Below are positions 1 to 6,363 of a stretch of 22,730 bases of DNA, in pieces. The position numbers and the translations under genes are program-made. The stretch comes from a virus (Duplodnaviria; Heunggongvirae; Uroviricota; Caudoviricetes): IMG/VR virus record IMGVR_UViG_2565956720_000001. The stretch is one strand, 5' to 3'. The stretch's first letter is position 1. The number at the start of each line of letters is the position of its first letter. The notes under the pieces are model-generated. The model was given only the letters and a program-made list of their open reading frames with translations, ran no database searches and was not told the origin of the DNA.

Positions 1-170
1 ACTCACTGCTGATGAATCTGCTGAACCAGTTACAGGACGACGGGCACGACGTATCGGGCGCGGCGGCGGAGCTGACCACCATGTTCTGCTACATCGTCGG
101 TGTGAGCAAATGCCTGCGTGATATCCAGACACACGCAGAGTACATCAATGACAAGGCAGGGTTCTTCTGA
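1..170 (+). CDS. 3' end of an antirepressor-like gene whose 5' part lies outside the window (…SLLMNLLNQLQDDGHDVSGAAAELTTMFCYIVGVSKCLRDIQTHAEYINDKAGFF*)
   Basis: Open frame (phase starting at nt 3) from the window edge to TGA at 168-170. The 55 encoded residues are identical to the C-terminus of the 947..1891 antirepressor on the other strand; the DNA differs at 6 positions, all synonymous. Confidence 0.6.
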   Translation, partial: SLLMNLLNQLQDDGHDVSGAAAELTTMFCYIVGVSKCLRDIQTHAEYINDKAGFF

Positions 171-214
171 CGGGCGGCGGCACATGGATGTGCCTTTAAA
201 TAATTCTGTACAGA

Positions 215-243
215 TTGCAGACCGGGGGTGAATAGCGTACTAT
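215..243 (+). promoter_or_regulatory. Candidate sigma70 promoter for the small membrane-peptide operon (TTGCAG -17 bp- TACTAT)
   Basis: -35-like TTGCAG at 215-220 and -10-like TACTAT at 238-243 with 17-bp spacing, about 40 bp upstream of the ATG at 284. Pattern match only. Confidence 0.3.
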
Positions 244-257
244 TACCTTAAAGGTAA
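243..257. promoter_or_regulatory. Palindrome TTACC-N5-GGTAA (copy 1), candidate operator overlapping the -10/+1 of the small operon
   Basis: TTACC (243-247), ttaaa, GGTAA (253-257); the same arms recur at 18387-18401 and 21549-21563. Confidence 0.4.
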
Positions 258-283
258 ACCATGTGTTTACATGAGGGGGAAAC

Positions 284-472
284 ATGGAAATCAACATCAT
301 TACATTGCTGAAGGCCATTATTGGCGGAGCGGGCTTAGGCTTTGCCCTACCAGGCGGATTATCTTTCCTGCTTCCTGCTTTTACTGTTACAGCTGGGATA
401 GCCTATGCATTTGCTGTAGCTGGTGCTGTTGCACTCCCTGCTATCTATGCCGCAAAGAAGTTAGCCAACTAA
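284..472 (+). CDS. 62-aa hydrophobic Gly/Ala-rich small membrane peptide (glycine-zipper-like); possible toxin or bacteriocin-like peptide
   Basis: ATG at 284 preceded by GAGGGGG (274-279). Product MEINIITLLKAIIGGAGLGFALPGGLSFLLPAFTVTAGIAYAFAVAGAVALPAIYAAKKLAN has GxxxG/GxxxA motifs and a basic C-terminus. TAA at 470-472 lies 1 nt before the next ATG. Confidence 0.55.
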   Translation: MEINIITLLKAIIGGAGLGFALPGGLSFLLPAFTVTAGIAYAFAVAGAVALPAIYAAKKLAN

Positions 473-473
473 A

Positions 474-806
474 ATGCCTGATTTATCTTGGCTTGCGCCC
501 AGAGATGCACAGCAATTGACAAGGTTTTATTTCATACTGTGCATTGCTTATCTTGCTGTTCATCTGATATGGGATGCCGTTTGCAAAGATACGCCTCCTT
601 TTTCTTTGGATAAGTTGCAATACAAGATGAATGAGGTTTATTCATCATCTACTTTTGCAACCAGCGCATTCTTCATTGTTATTCTGTTCGATATGAAGAA
701 TCCACTGAGAACTTCAGATGCTTTCATATTCCCATTAATTATTGCTGCTCTAACTGGCTTTATGATCTCATTATCAGCAATAGTGCCAAAGAAAGTAAAT
801 AACTGA
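474..806 (+). CDS. 110-aa predicted 3-TM membrane protein, translationally coupled partner of the 62-aa peptide (candidate immunity/antitoxin)
   Basis: ATG at 474, one nt after the upstream stop; three hydrophobic segments (FYFILCIAYLAVHLIW, AFFIVILF, FIFPLIIAALTGFMISLSAIV); lower G+C than neighbours by eye; followed by a terminator. Confidence 0.55.
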   Translation: MPDLSWLAPRDAQQLTRFYFILCIAYLAVHLIWDAVCKDTPPFSLDKLQYKMNEVYSSSTFATSAFFIVILFDMKNPLRTSDAFIFPLIIAALTGFMISLSAIVPKKVNN

Positions 807-810
807 ATAA

Positions 811-832
811 GCCCGCTCTGCGGGCTTTTTTG
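811..832 (+). terminator. Rho-independent terminator of the small two-gene operon
   Basis: GCCCGC-TCT-GCGGGC hairpin (811-825) followed by TTTTTTG, 5 nt after the stop at 804-806. Confidence 0.7.
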
Positions 833-870
833 TGCCTGCAGATTCCCGCCCGGGTGGCGGTGGCATTCGT

Positions 871-895
871 TAAAAACAAGGCCGCGAAAGCGGCC
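871..895 (-). terminator. Rho-independent terminator downstream of the antirepressor gene (minus strand)
   Basis: GGCCGC-GAAA-GCGGCC hairpin (880-895); on the minus strand it is followed by TTGTTTTTA (reverse complement of 871-879). Confidence 0.55.
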
Positions 896-896
896 T

Positions 897-908
897 GTGA
901 CATGTCAC
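897..908. repeat. 12-bp perfect palindrome GTGACATGTCAC, copy 1
   Basis: Exact 12-mer, self-complementary; identical copies at 19377-19388 and 21642-21653. Here it abuts the antirepressor terminator hairpin. Confidence 0.8.
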
Positions 909-946
909 GATAGTTCCTTTTTGCACATCCCTGTGCCTCCGTTCTG

Positions 947-1891
947 TCAGAAGAACCCTGCCTTGTCATTGATGTACTCTGCGTGAGTCTGGATATCACG
1001 CAGGCATTTGCTCACACCAACGATGTAGCAGAACATGGTGGTCAGCTCCGCCGCCGCGCCCGATACGTCATGCCCGTCGTCCTGCAACTGATTCAGCAGA
1101 TTCATCAGCAATGAGTTCTCCGTCAGGCCGAGAACACCAGACGGCGAGTGAATCAGGCTGCGGTAGCCGGGCTTCAGCGGATAACCATAACATTTTGTCT
1201 GTGTTTTAATTGCCTCACGAAGCGCATCTAACATCTTGACTGCCACTTCATCATTCTCTGATGCAGATCCAGCAGGGAGATACTCCCCTTCAAGCGGAAC
1301 CCGAGCAACAAGAGACAACGCTTCGGCGAATTGATCTTCATCAATTTCTTTGTACGAACAGCCAAAATGAGATTTCAGTGACGACCACATGGTGATCATC
1401 GCCTTAGCCTGTTTTTCTTTTGGCAGAGACTGACCGCGACTCATGACGAGTTGTTTAATGGCTTCCTGCTGTTCAGTGGTTATTTTACCCGGCAACGCCT
1501 TTTTAGCTTTGCGTGGGTTAACCACATGGCCTTTAGTCCAGTACTCGTAGAGCACATCGTCACACTCTTCCTGATACTGGATTACCTTGTCGCGGATTTC
1601 AGGACGGACTTTGTTAGGGCTGATGGTTTGCAACCAGCCAGCAAGTTTGCGAAGTGCCAAACAAATAATCTCACGGCGCTGTTCATCCCCAGGAAGCTGC
1701 ATTGTGATTTTCACAATGCAGGTTTTAAACCGCTGCTTCATTTTCGTAAACTGTGAAGCCCAATCCATACCCATTCCCTCAACGATAGGCTTCATTGGTG
1801 TGTACGGTTCGCCGTTGTGATTGACAACATAAAGTTCTACGCCGTGGAATGGCACGTTGATAGTAGATACCGCTGTTGCTATACTCGTCAT
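947..1891 (-). CDS. ant: Phage antirepressor (Ant-like; P22 antirepressor-type N-terminal domain plus C-terminal domain)
   Basis: 314-aa ORF with ATG at 1891 and TGA at 947-949. N-terminal INVPFHGVELYVVNHNGEPYTPMKPIVEGMGMDW matches the antirepressor N-domain signature as remembered. Sits downstream of an Arc-like gene, as arc-ant does in P22 immI. Confidence 0.85.
   Translation of the reverse strand: MTSIATAVSTINVPFHGVELYVVNHNGEPYTPMKPIVEGMGMDWASQFTKMKQRFKTCIVKITMQLPGDEQRREIICLALRKLAGWLQTISPNKVRPEIRDKVIQYQEECDDVLYEYWTKGHVVNPRKAKKALPGKITTEQQEAIKQLVMSRGQSLPKEKQAKAMITMWSSLKSHFGCSYKEIDEDQFAEALSLVARVPLEGEYLPAGSASENDEVAVKMLDALREAIKTQTKCYGYPLKPGYRSLIHSPSGVLGLTENSLLMNLLNQLQDDGHDVSGAAAELTTMFCYIVGVSKCLRDIQTHAEYINDKAGFF
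1857..1885 (+). promoter_or_regulatory. Candidate promoter for a Sar-like antisense RNA (TTGATA -17 bp- TATACT), inside the 5' end of ant on the opposite strand
   Basis: TTGATA at 1857-1862 and TATACT at 1880-1885 with 17-bp spacer; predicted start about 1892, immediately antisense to the ant ribosome-binding region. Confidence 0.35.
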
Positions 1892-1967
1892 GTCGTTAAT
1901 TCCTATACGTAGTTTTACGATACTGAAGCCCTGACGGTCTGGCCACCGTTGGGCTTCGCTGTTTTAT
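1892..1967 (+). ncRNA. sar: Candidate Sar-like antisense RNA complementary to the ant translation-initiation region (about 75 nt)
   Basis: Promoter at 1857-1885; hairpin GAAGCCC…GGGCTTC (1925-1957, inner stem ACGGT/ACCGT) followed by GCTGTTTTAT on the plus strand only. Same layout as the P22 sar RNA between arc and ant. Inferred, not experimentally supported. Confidence 0.35.
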
Positions 1968-2131
1968 GCCACGCTATTCTTCTCACCAGTGAGTCCATAC
2001 ACTTTCCTCAGCTGATAGATAATCTCTGTATTGAACTTTCGGCATTCTTTTTCGCCATTTCTTTCAATAGCTAACTTCACATCGTCCGGAAAACGAACTC
2101 GTCGTTGACACATCTCTTTTGCTTTTTGCAT
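1964..2131 (-). CDS. arc: Arc-like ribbon-helix-helix repressor (55 aa)
   Basis: Start re-placed at ATG 2131 (AAGGAG 7 nt upstream); the track's longer start has no ribosome-binding site. Product MQKAKEMCQRRVRFPDDVKLAIERNGEKECRKFNTEIIYQLRKVYGLTGEKNSVA follows the Arc pattern (R-x-P-x-x-V…NG…N-x-E-I-Y-Q). Directly upstream of ant on the same strand. Confidence 0.65.
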   Translation of the reverse strand: MQKAKEMCQRRVRFPDDVKLAIERNGEKECRKFNTEIIYQLRKVYGLTGEKNSVA

Positions 2132-2146
2132 TTCATATCTCCTTAG

Positions 2147-2214
2147 CCCCACCGTGGGGCAAAACAATTGTCACACCGTGCGTCATTGATGTCAAGCACA
2201 CGGTGAGGCATACT
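2147..2214. promoter_or_regulatory. Divergent, overlapping promoter/operator region between the arc-like and mnt-like genes
   Basis: Minus strand: TTGACA (reverse complement of 2191-2196), 17 bp, GACAAT, reading toward arc. Plus strand: TTGATG (2186-2191), 17 bp, CATACT (2209-2214), reading toward mnt. Palindrome GCCCCAC-C-GTGGGGC at 2147-2161; half-site CACCGTG at 2151-2157 and 2173-2179, inverted as CACGGTG at 2199-2205. Confidence 0.4.
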
Positions 2215-2251
2215 TCAATCATTGCAAGTAACTCAATATTTGGTGAAGAAC

Positions 2252-2683
2252 ATGAGCAGAGAAGATCCACAACTAAGGATCAGACTTCCCGTTGAAGTAA
2301 AAGAAAAAATAGAAATTTCTGCAAAAGCCAATAAGCGATCAATGAACGCTGAAATAGTACAACGTCTTGACACCAGCTTTCTGAAAGATATTCATGAAGA
2401 TGACGTAATTTCTGCTTATGAAGCAAAAATTATTGCAAACAATGCACGGCATGAAATATCAAATATTATTTTCAAAAGAACCTTTAATGAAATTAATAAG
2501 AAAATAACACTTGGACATACAAGTTTTTATATAAACCTTAATGACCTTGAACTGGAATCACTTGCAGATAATGATTACCAGATCATCTTTGAAAAAACAT
2601 TTAATAAGCTCAATGAACTAGGTTACATCATCTGTGAAAACTCATGGGATGCAGATGGTTTTGGAATTGAAATACCTGAATAG
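2252..2683 (+). CDS. mnt: Mnt-like ribbon-helix-helix repressor with an about 95-aa C-terminal extension of unknown function (143 aa)
   Basis: ATG at 2252 with GGTGA 5-6 nt upstream (the track start at 2222 is TTG). N-terminus MSREDPQLRIRLPVEVKEKIEISAKANKRSMNAEIVQRL aligns with remembered P22 Mnt (MARDDPHFNFRMPMEVREKLKFRAEANGRSMNSELLQIV). Roughly one-third G+C by eye. Confidence 0.8.
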   Translation: MSREDPQLRIRLPVEVKEKIEISAKANKRSMNAEIVQRLDTSFLKDIHEDDVISAYEAKIIANNARHEISNIIFKRTFNEINKKITLGHTSFYINLNDLELESLADNDYQIIFEKTFNKLNELGYIICENSWDADGFGIEIPE

Positions 2684-2694
2684 GAAGAACAAAA

Positions 2695-2720
2695 GGCGTG
2701 TACATATTACACGTCTTTAA
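2695..2720 (+). terminator. Candidate intrinsic terminator after the mnt-like gene
   Basis: GGCGTGTA-CATAT-TACACGTC hairpin followed by TTTAA; moderate T-tract. Confidence 0.35.
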
Positions 2721-2773
2721 TACAATTGAAAAACGCCACATTACTGATGTATGTTACAACAAGGAGCGATATT

Positions 2774-3337
2774 TTGAAAACCATATCTATATTAAAGGTT
2801 GCATTAGGCGTCGCTATTATTTTGACTCTCTCAATATTGTTTTATTTTTACCACAAAAAAACAGCTATTGCTCTTGATGGTCACGCGGCAAACTCATTTT
2901 TCTCAGAGTACATAGTGCCGCTATCAGGAAGCGGTATAACAAATAAATATACTGACTATGACATCAAATATGGAATTGATGATGGGGAGACTATTGTATT
3001 ACATGTAATCATTAAAAACCTAATGACAGTAAATAAAAATACAGACTTCAACGATAAAAATACAATACATCACAACAACAGCAAAACATTAATTTCTTAT
3101 AGTAGCAACATCTATACGGATAAATACCTAAAATACATCTCAGAAGATACAATAAAAGCAACCAGCGAAAAGTTAAAAAACATATATTGTGCATCCGGCA
3201 GTTTTCACAAATTATCGCCGCAAGAGCGTTTATTCTACGAAGCAAGAAAACAACGTAAGTCAATAATATTACATTATTATGCTGATTCAGGGGAGTCACT
3301 CATATTTAATATTGGGGTTTCCCCTGAATCATGCTAA
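2774..3337 (+). CDS. AT-rich signal-anchored/secreted protein of unknown function in the sieA-equivalent position (candidate superinfection-exclusion protein)
   Basis: ORF to TAA at 3335-3337. Best-supported start is TTG 2774, with AAGGAG (2761-2766) 7 nt upstream; alternatives are ATG 2747 (no ribosome-binding site) and the track's TTG 2726. N-terminus KTISILKVALGVAIILTLSILFYFYHKK is a signal anchor. Asn/Lys/Tyr-rich, low G+C. Confidence 0.6.
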   Translation: MKTISILKVALGVAIILTLSILFYFYHKKTAIALDGHAANSFFSEYIVPLSGSGITNKYTDYDIKYGIDDGETIVLHVIIKNLMTVNKNTDFNDKNTIHHNNSKTLISYSSNIYTDKYLKYISEDTIKATSEKLKNIYCASGSFHKLSPQERLFYEARKQRKSIILHYYADSGESLIFNIGVSPESC

Positions 3338-3348
3338 AGGCGTTTAAC

Positions 3349-6300
3349 TCACCGCATCACCGGATCCACCTGGTTTATTAGTGGCGCAATCCAGAACAGG
3401 TTATTGCCTGGTATCAGGGTTCGGACATTATGCACAATACGATCACCGGCATCACCATTCAACACTCCTGCGGTCACATCAATGATGCTATCCGCAAGAC
3501 CAAATGACGGTCCGAATAGAGATCCTACGAATCCACGACTGGCATACCTAGACTGTGTGCCAGTGCCAAATAAAGCCCCCAGCCCAACAGCACCACCAGT
3601 AGCCTTTTCAGCCATGTTGTTATATTCCATCAATGGCCCAAGAATACCGGATCTATCTATACCCTCAAGCACCAGCTTCTCTGGTGACCAGTCAACATTT
3701 TTCCCTTTCGATGCTTCTTTAAGCGCATAGACCAGTGAGCCAAGAGCAATCTGAAATGCAGTGCCATAATAAAATTGCGCAGTTCCTTCCTGTAGCCCAC
3801 CAAGTAGCGCACGGTTGTATGAAGCCGTTGTGAATGATTTAAACTGAAATATCGTTCGCCCCATTGGAGTACTCGCCCATAAAGGTGTGTCACCAATACC
3901 GGGGGTGATGATAGTGTTATTAACGTCTTTCAGAACCGCTGACTGGAATACTCCGGCAACGTACTGATCGTCCCATTTATCAAAGTTACCAATGTGCCAT
4001 CCATCAATTACCTCACCATGTTTCTCGAACTCACTGCGAATACGCGCAGCCATATTGTCGTTGATACCGAGTTTTGCCATGCGACGTGCAGAAAACGCAC
4101 CAGACAAAATACCGTCTGACGTGAGCATTCCGTTCATGGATTTGTTTATGTCATTAAATCGATCCATGAGTGTCAGCTTGCCGAAGGCATCAGTAATTCG
4201 CTCCATTCCTGCTTCGACTGCTGTTGTCCTGGAAGAACTGTCAACAAGATCACCAATTGCACGAGAACGTGAATGTAGTACAGTTTCCAATCCAATCCCC
4301 ATCTTCAACATCTCTTCTTTGCTGGCCTTAAATGCCGGTGATTGGGATATCTGAGAAGCATAGCCTTTCATGGTGTTACGGAAACCATTAACCATAACCC
4401 CTCTGGCCAGATCTGGAATAGCTGATACTGTCATTCCACCGAGTTTGGTCGTGAAGTTCACATCCCGCAGAAAAGCGCCAGCACGAACAAAAAACGAAGA
4501 CGGGTCATCAGGCATACCATATGTACCAACAAGACGATCGCGTAATGCTGTTATGTCTCTGAGATCATTTGCTCTTGATTTTGAAAGTCTGGACTGTTCT
4601 TTCCGTAATTCCTTTTCGTACTTTCGCATTAATGAATCGAGTTTACCCTGAGGAACAACTTCACCATTGCTCTCATAACGTGCTTTCAGATTTGCCACAC
4701 TTTCGTCATATTTCGCCTTTATTTTTTCAGGCACTTCCCGTAACAGACTGTCATATTCGTCTTCAATTAATTGCAGACGCTCAGCCATAGTTCGTTTGCC
4801 AAATGTTCTCGTCAACTCAATTTCTGCTGCCGCTTCACGGATATGACGTTGCAGCACGTAATTCACATCACTTTCGAGATAATCCCTGATAAGACTATCA
4901 GGCACATTTAATGTTCTTTCTTTCGTACTACCTGCGGCTTTTACAGAAAATACGCTGACAAAATCCTGTGGAACCTTAGCACCAGTAATTTTATTAATTA
5001 CGATATCCGCTGCAATTTCAGCATCCTCAGGATCCAGTGTTTTATTGCCTCTCGACCACCAGTCAACCAAAATACGTCGAAATTTATCGCGTTCACTGAT
5101 TATTTTTCCAACTTTATATATACGTGGGAAATAGCTTGCCTGACCTAATGCTTTCAGTTCTTCATCTGGCGGCAATAAACCAAGCTTTTGCATTTCAACT
5201 TTCACCCGATTTAATACAGTTCGCATCGCCTGCGCCGTTTCCTGAACAACAGGATTAGCATGAACATCACCGCTTCGCATCGCATTCCCAACCTGCTGAC
5301 GAAATGAATCAAAACTCATGTCACCACCATCAGCTTTATACTTTGCGTATGCCTGTTTATTTCCGACAACAACTGCAGCTTCTTCACGCTGCCATCCACG
5401 TGTACGGGTTTCTACAGCTATCGGTGTTTCAATCCCCCTTTCATTTCCTTTAAGGGTGAAATTATTTTCGGCTAACTCCAGCGTTGTTTTTCGCACTGTC
5501 TTTGACGGAGACTCCATTAACCTTGTCAAAGGAGTAAGATAGCTCCCTGCTTTCCATGCAGCCTTTCCAACCACCCCACCAGAAACAGGGGTTAAATCAT
5601 CCAGAGTCGCTGTATCAATTTTCATAGCACCAACACTACCACCATCGGAAAGCGAAGCGGCAGCCCTGTCAGTCGCTGATGTAATGCTCATATTATCAAG
5701 AGCATCAGCAACCTCACGTGTGGCTGCAGCCCGGACGGATGGCGAAAGCGCAACACCAGCACTGGCAAACACGCCGCTCATCATCGCACCCGCTGCAACG
5801 TGAGCGGCACTTTCACCCCATGAGCGTGTTATTTGCTGATTATTCAGTACAACCTCGCTTAATGCAGTACCGGCAGCACCAATCGCAATCTGTGAGCCAA
5901 TACGCGCCAGTGCCCCTCCTTGAGCACCGGGGATAAACATTGACGCAACAGTAACCGGATCCATTCCCGCAGCAATACTGGCAAGGGTTCCAACTACGCC
6001 AGCATCAGACAATAAACGTCTGTCTTCATTTTCATCATCTATCTGCTGCTTAATCCACGCCGTTTCCTCTGGCGATCGGGAATCTGCAAATTTCGCCCCC
6101 CAGTATTCATAACCGTGCAACTCATTTTTATCAGCATATGGGTTATAACCTTCGACCGGTTCAAACTGTCTGGCTGGGCGGAAAAAACCAGCCAGAATAT
6201 TGTTCTGTCGCATTGCAGCCCCCCATACGGAAGGCTCAGGTGGCAATGGCTCAGGATTAGCCCCTTCCGGAAGGGCAACATCAAACCCAGTTTGTTCCGG

Positions 6301-6363
6301 CAAAACATTACCTGACGGGATCAGTCCGTTATTAAGATCTTCAGCTTGTGCATAAACTGGCAT
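3349..6363 (-). CDS. Large internal virion / DNA-ejection protein (T7 gp16-position analogue, 1004 aa)
   Basis: Long ORF; its ATG (6363) overlaps the TAA of the upstream gene (TAATG). Last gene of the tubular-protein/core-protein series; Gly/Ala-rich N-terminal region. Confidence 0.75.
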   Translation of the reverse strand: MPVYAQAEDLNNGLIPSGNVLPEQTGFDVALPEGANPEPLPPEPSVWGAAMRQNNILAGFFRPARQFEPVEGYNPYADKNELHGYEYWGAKFADSRSPEETAWIKQQIDDENEDRRLLSDAGVVGTLASIAAGMDPVTVASMFIPGAQGGALARIGSQIAIGAAGTALSEVVLNNQQITRSWGESAAHVAAGAMMSGVFASAGVALSPSVRAAATREVADALDNMSITSATDRAAASLSDGGSVGAMKIDTATLDDLTPVSGGVVGKAAWKAGSYLTPLTRLMESPSKTVRKTTLELAENNFTLKGNERGIETPIAVETRTRGWQREEAAVVVGNKQAYAKYKADGGDMSFDSFRQQVGNAMRSGDVHANPVVQETAQAMRTVLNRVKVEMQKLGLLPPDEELKALGQASYFPRIYKVGKIISERDKFRRILVDWWSRGNKTLDPEDAEIAADIVINKITGAKVPQDFVSVFSVKAAGSTKERTLNVPDSLIRDYLESDVNYVLQRHIREAAAEIELTRTFGKRTMAERLQLIEDEYDSLLREVPEKIKAKYDESVANLKARYESNGEVVPQGKLDSLMRKYEKELRKEQSRLSKSRANDLRDITALRDRLVGTYGMPDDPSSFFVRAGAFLRDVNFTTKLGGMTVSAIPDLARGVMVNGFRNTMKGYASQISQSPAFKASKEEMLKMGIGLETVLHSRSRAIGDLVDSSSRTTAVEAGMERITDAFGKLTLMDRFNDINKSMNGMLTSDGILSGAFSARRMAKLGINDNMAARIRSEFEKHGEVIDGWHIGNFDKWDDQYVAGVFQSAVLKDVNNTIITPGIGDTPLWASTPMGRTIFQFKSFTTASYNRALLGGLQEGTAQFYYGTAFQIALGSLVYALKEASKGKNVDWSPEKLVLEGIDRSGILGPLMEYNNMAEKATGGAVGLGALFGTGTQSRYASRGFVGSLFGPSFGLADSIIDVTAGVLNGDAGDRIVHNVRTLIPGNNLFWIAPLINQVDPVMR

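Noticed and set aside
271-519. 82-aa plus-strand ORF overlapping the 62-aa peptide gene in another frame
   Set aside because: Cys/Trp/Arg-rich product typical of an out-of-frame shadow; no ribosome-binding site; the overlapping frame has a strong ribosome-binding site and a coherent membrane-peptide product.
897-908. Reading the TGTGACATGTCACA-type palindrome as a CRP or FNR site
   Set aside because: The TGTGA and TCACA arms are 4 bp apart, not the 6 bp that CRP needs, and the arms do not match the FNR half-site TTGAT. The three copies sit at transcript 3' ends, not in promoter positions.
760-999. 79-aa minus-strand ORF spanning the intergenic terminators
   Set aside because: Runs through two terminator hairpins and the 12-bp palindrome, has an Arg/Ser-rich low-complexity product and no start signal.
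1451-1820. Two plus-strand ORFs (101 aa and 77 aa) inside the antirepressor gene
   Set aside because: Antisense shadows of a well-supported gene; no ribosome-binding sites.
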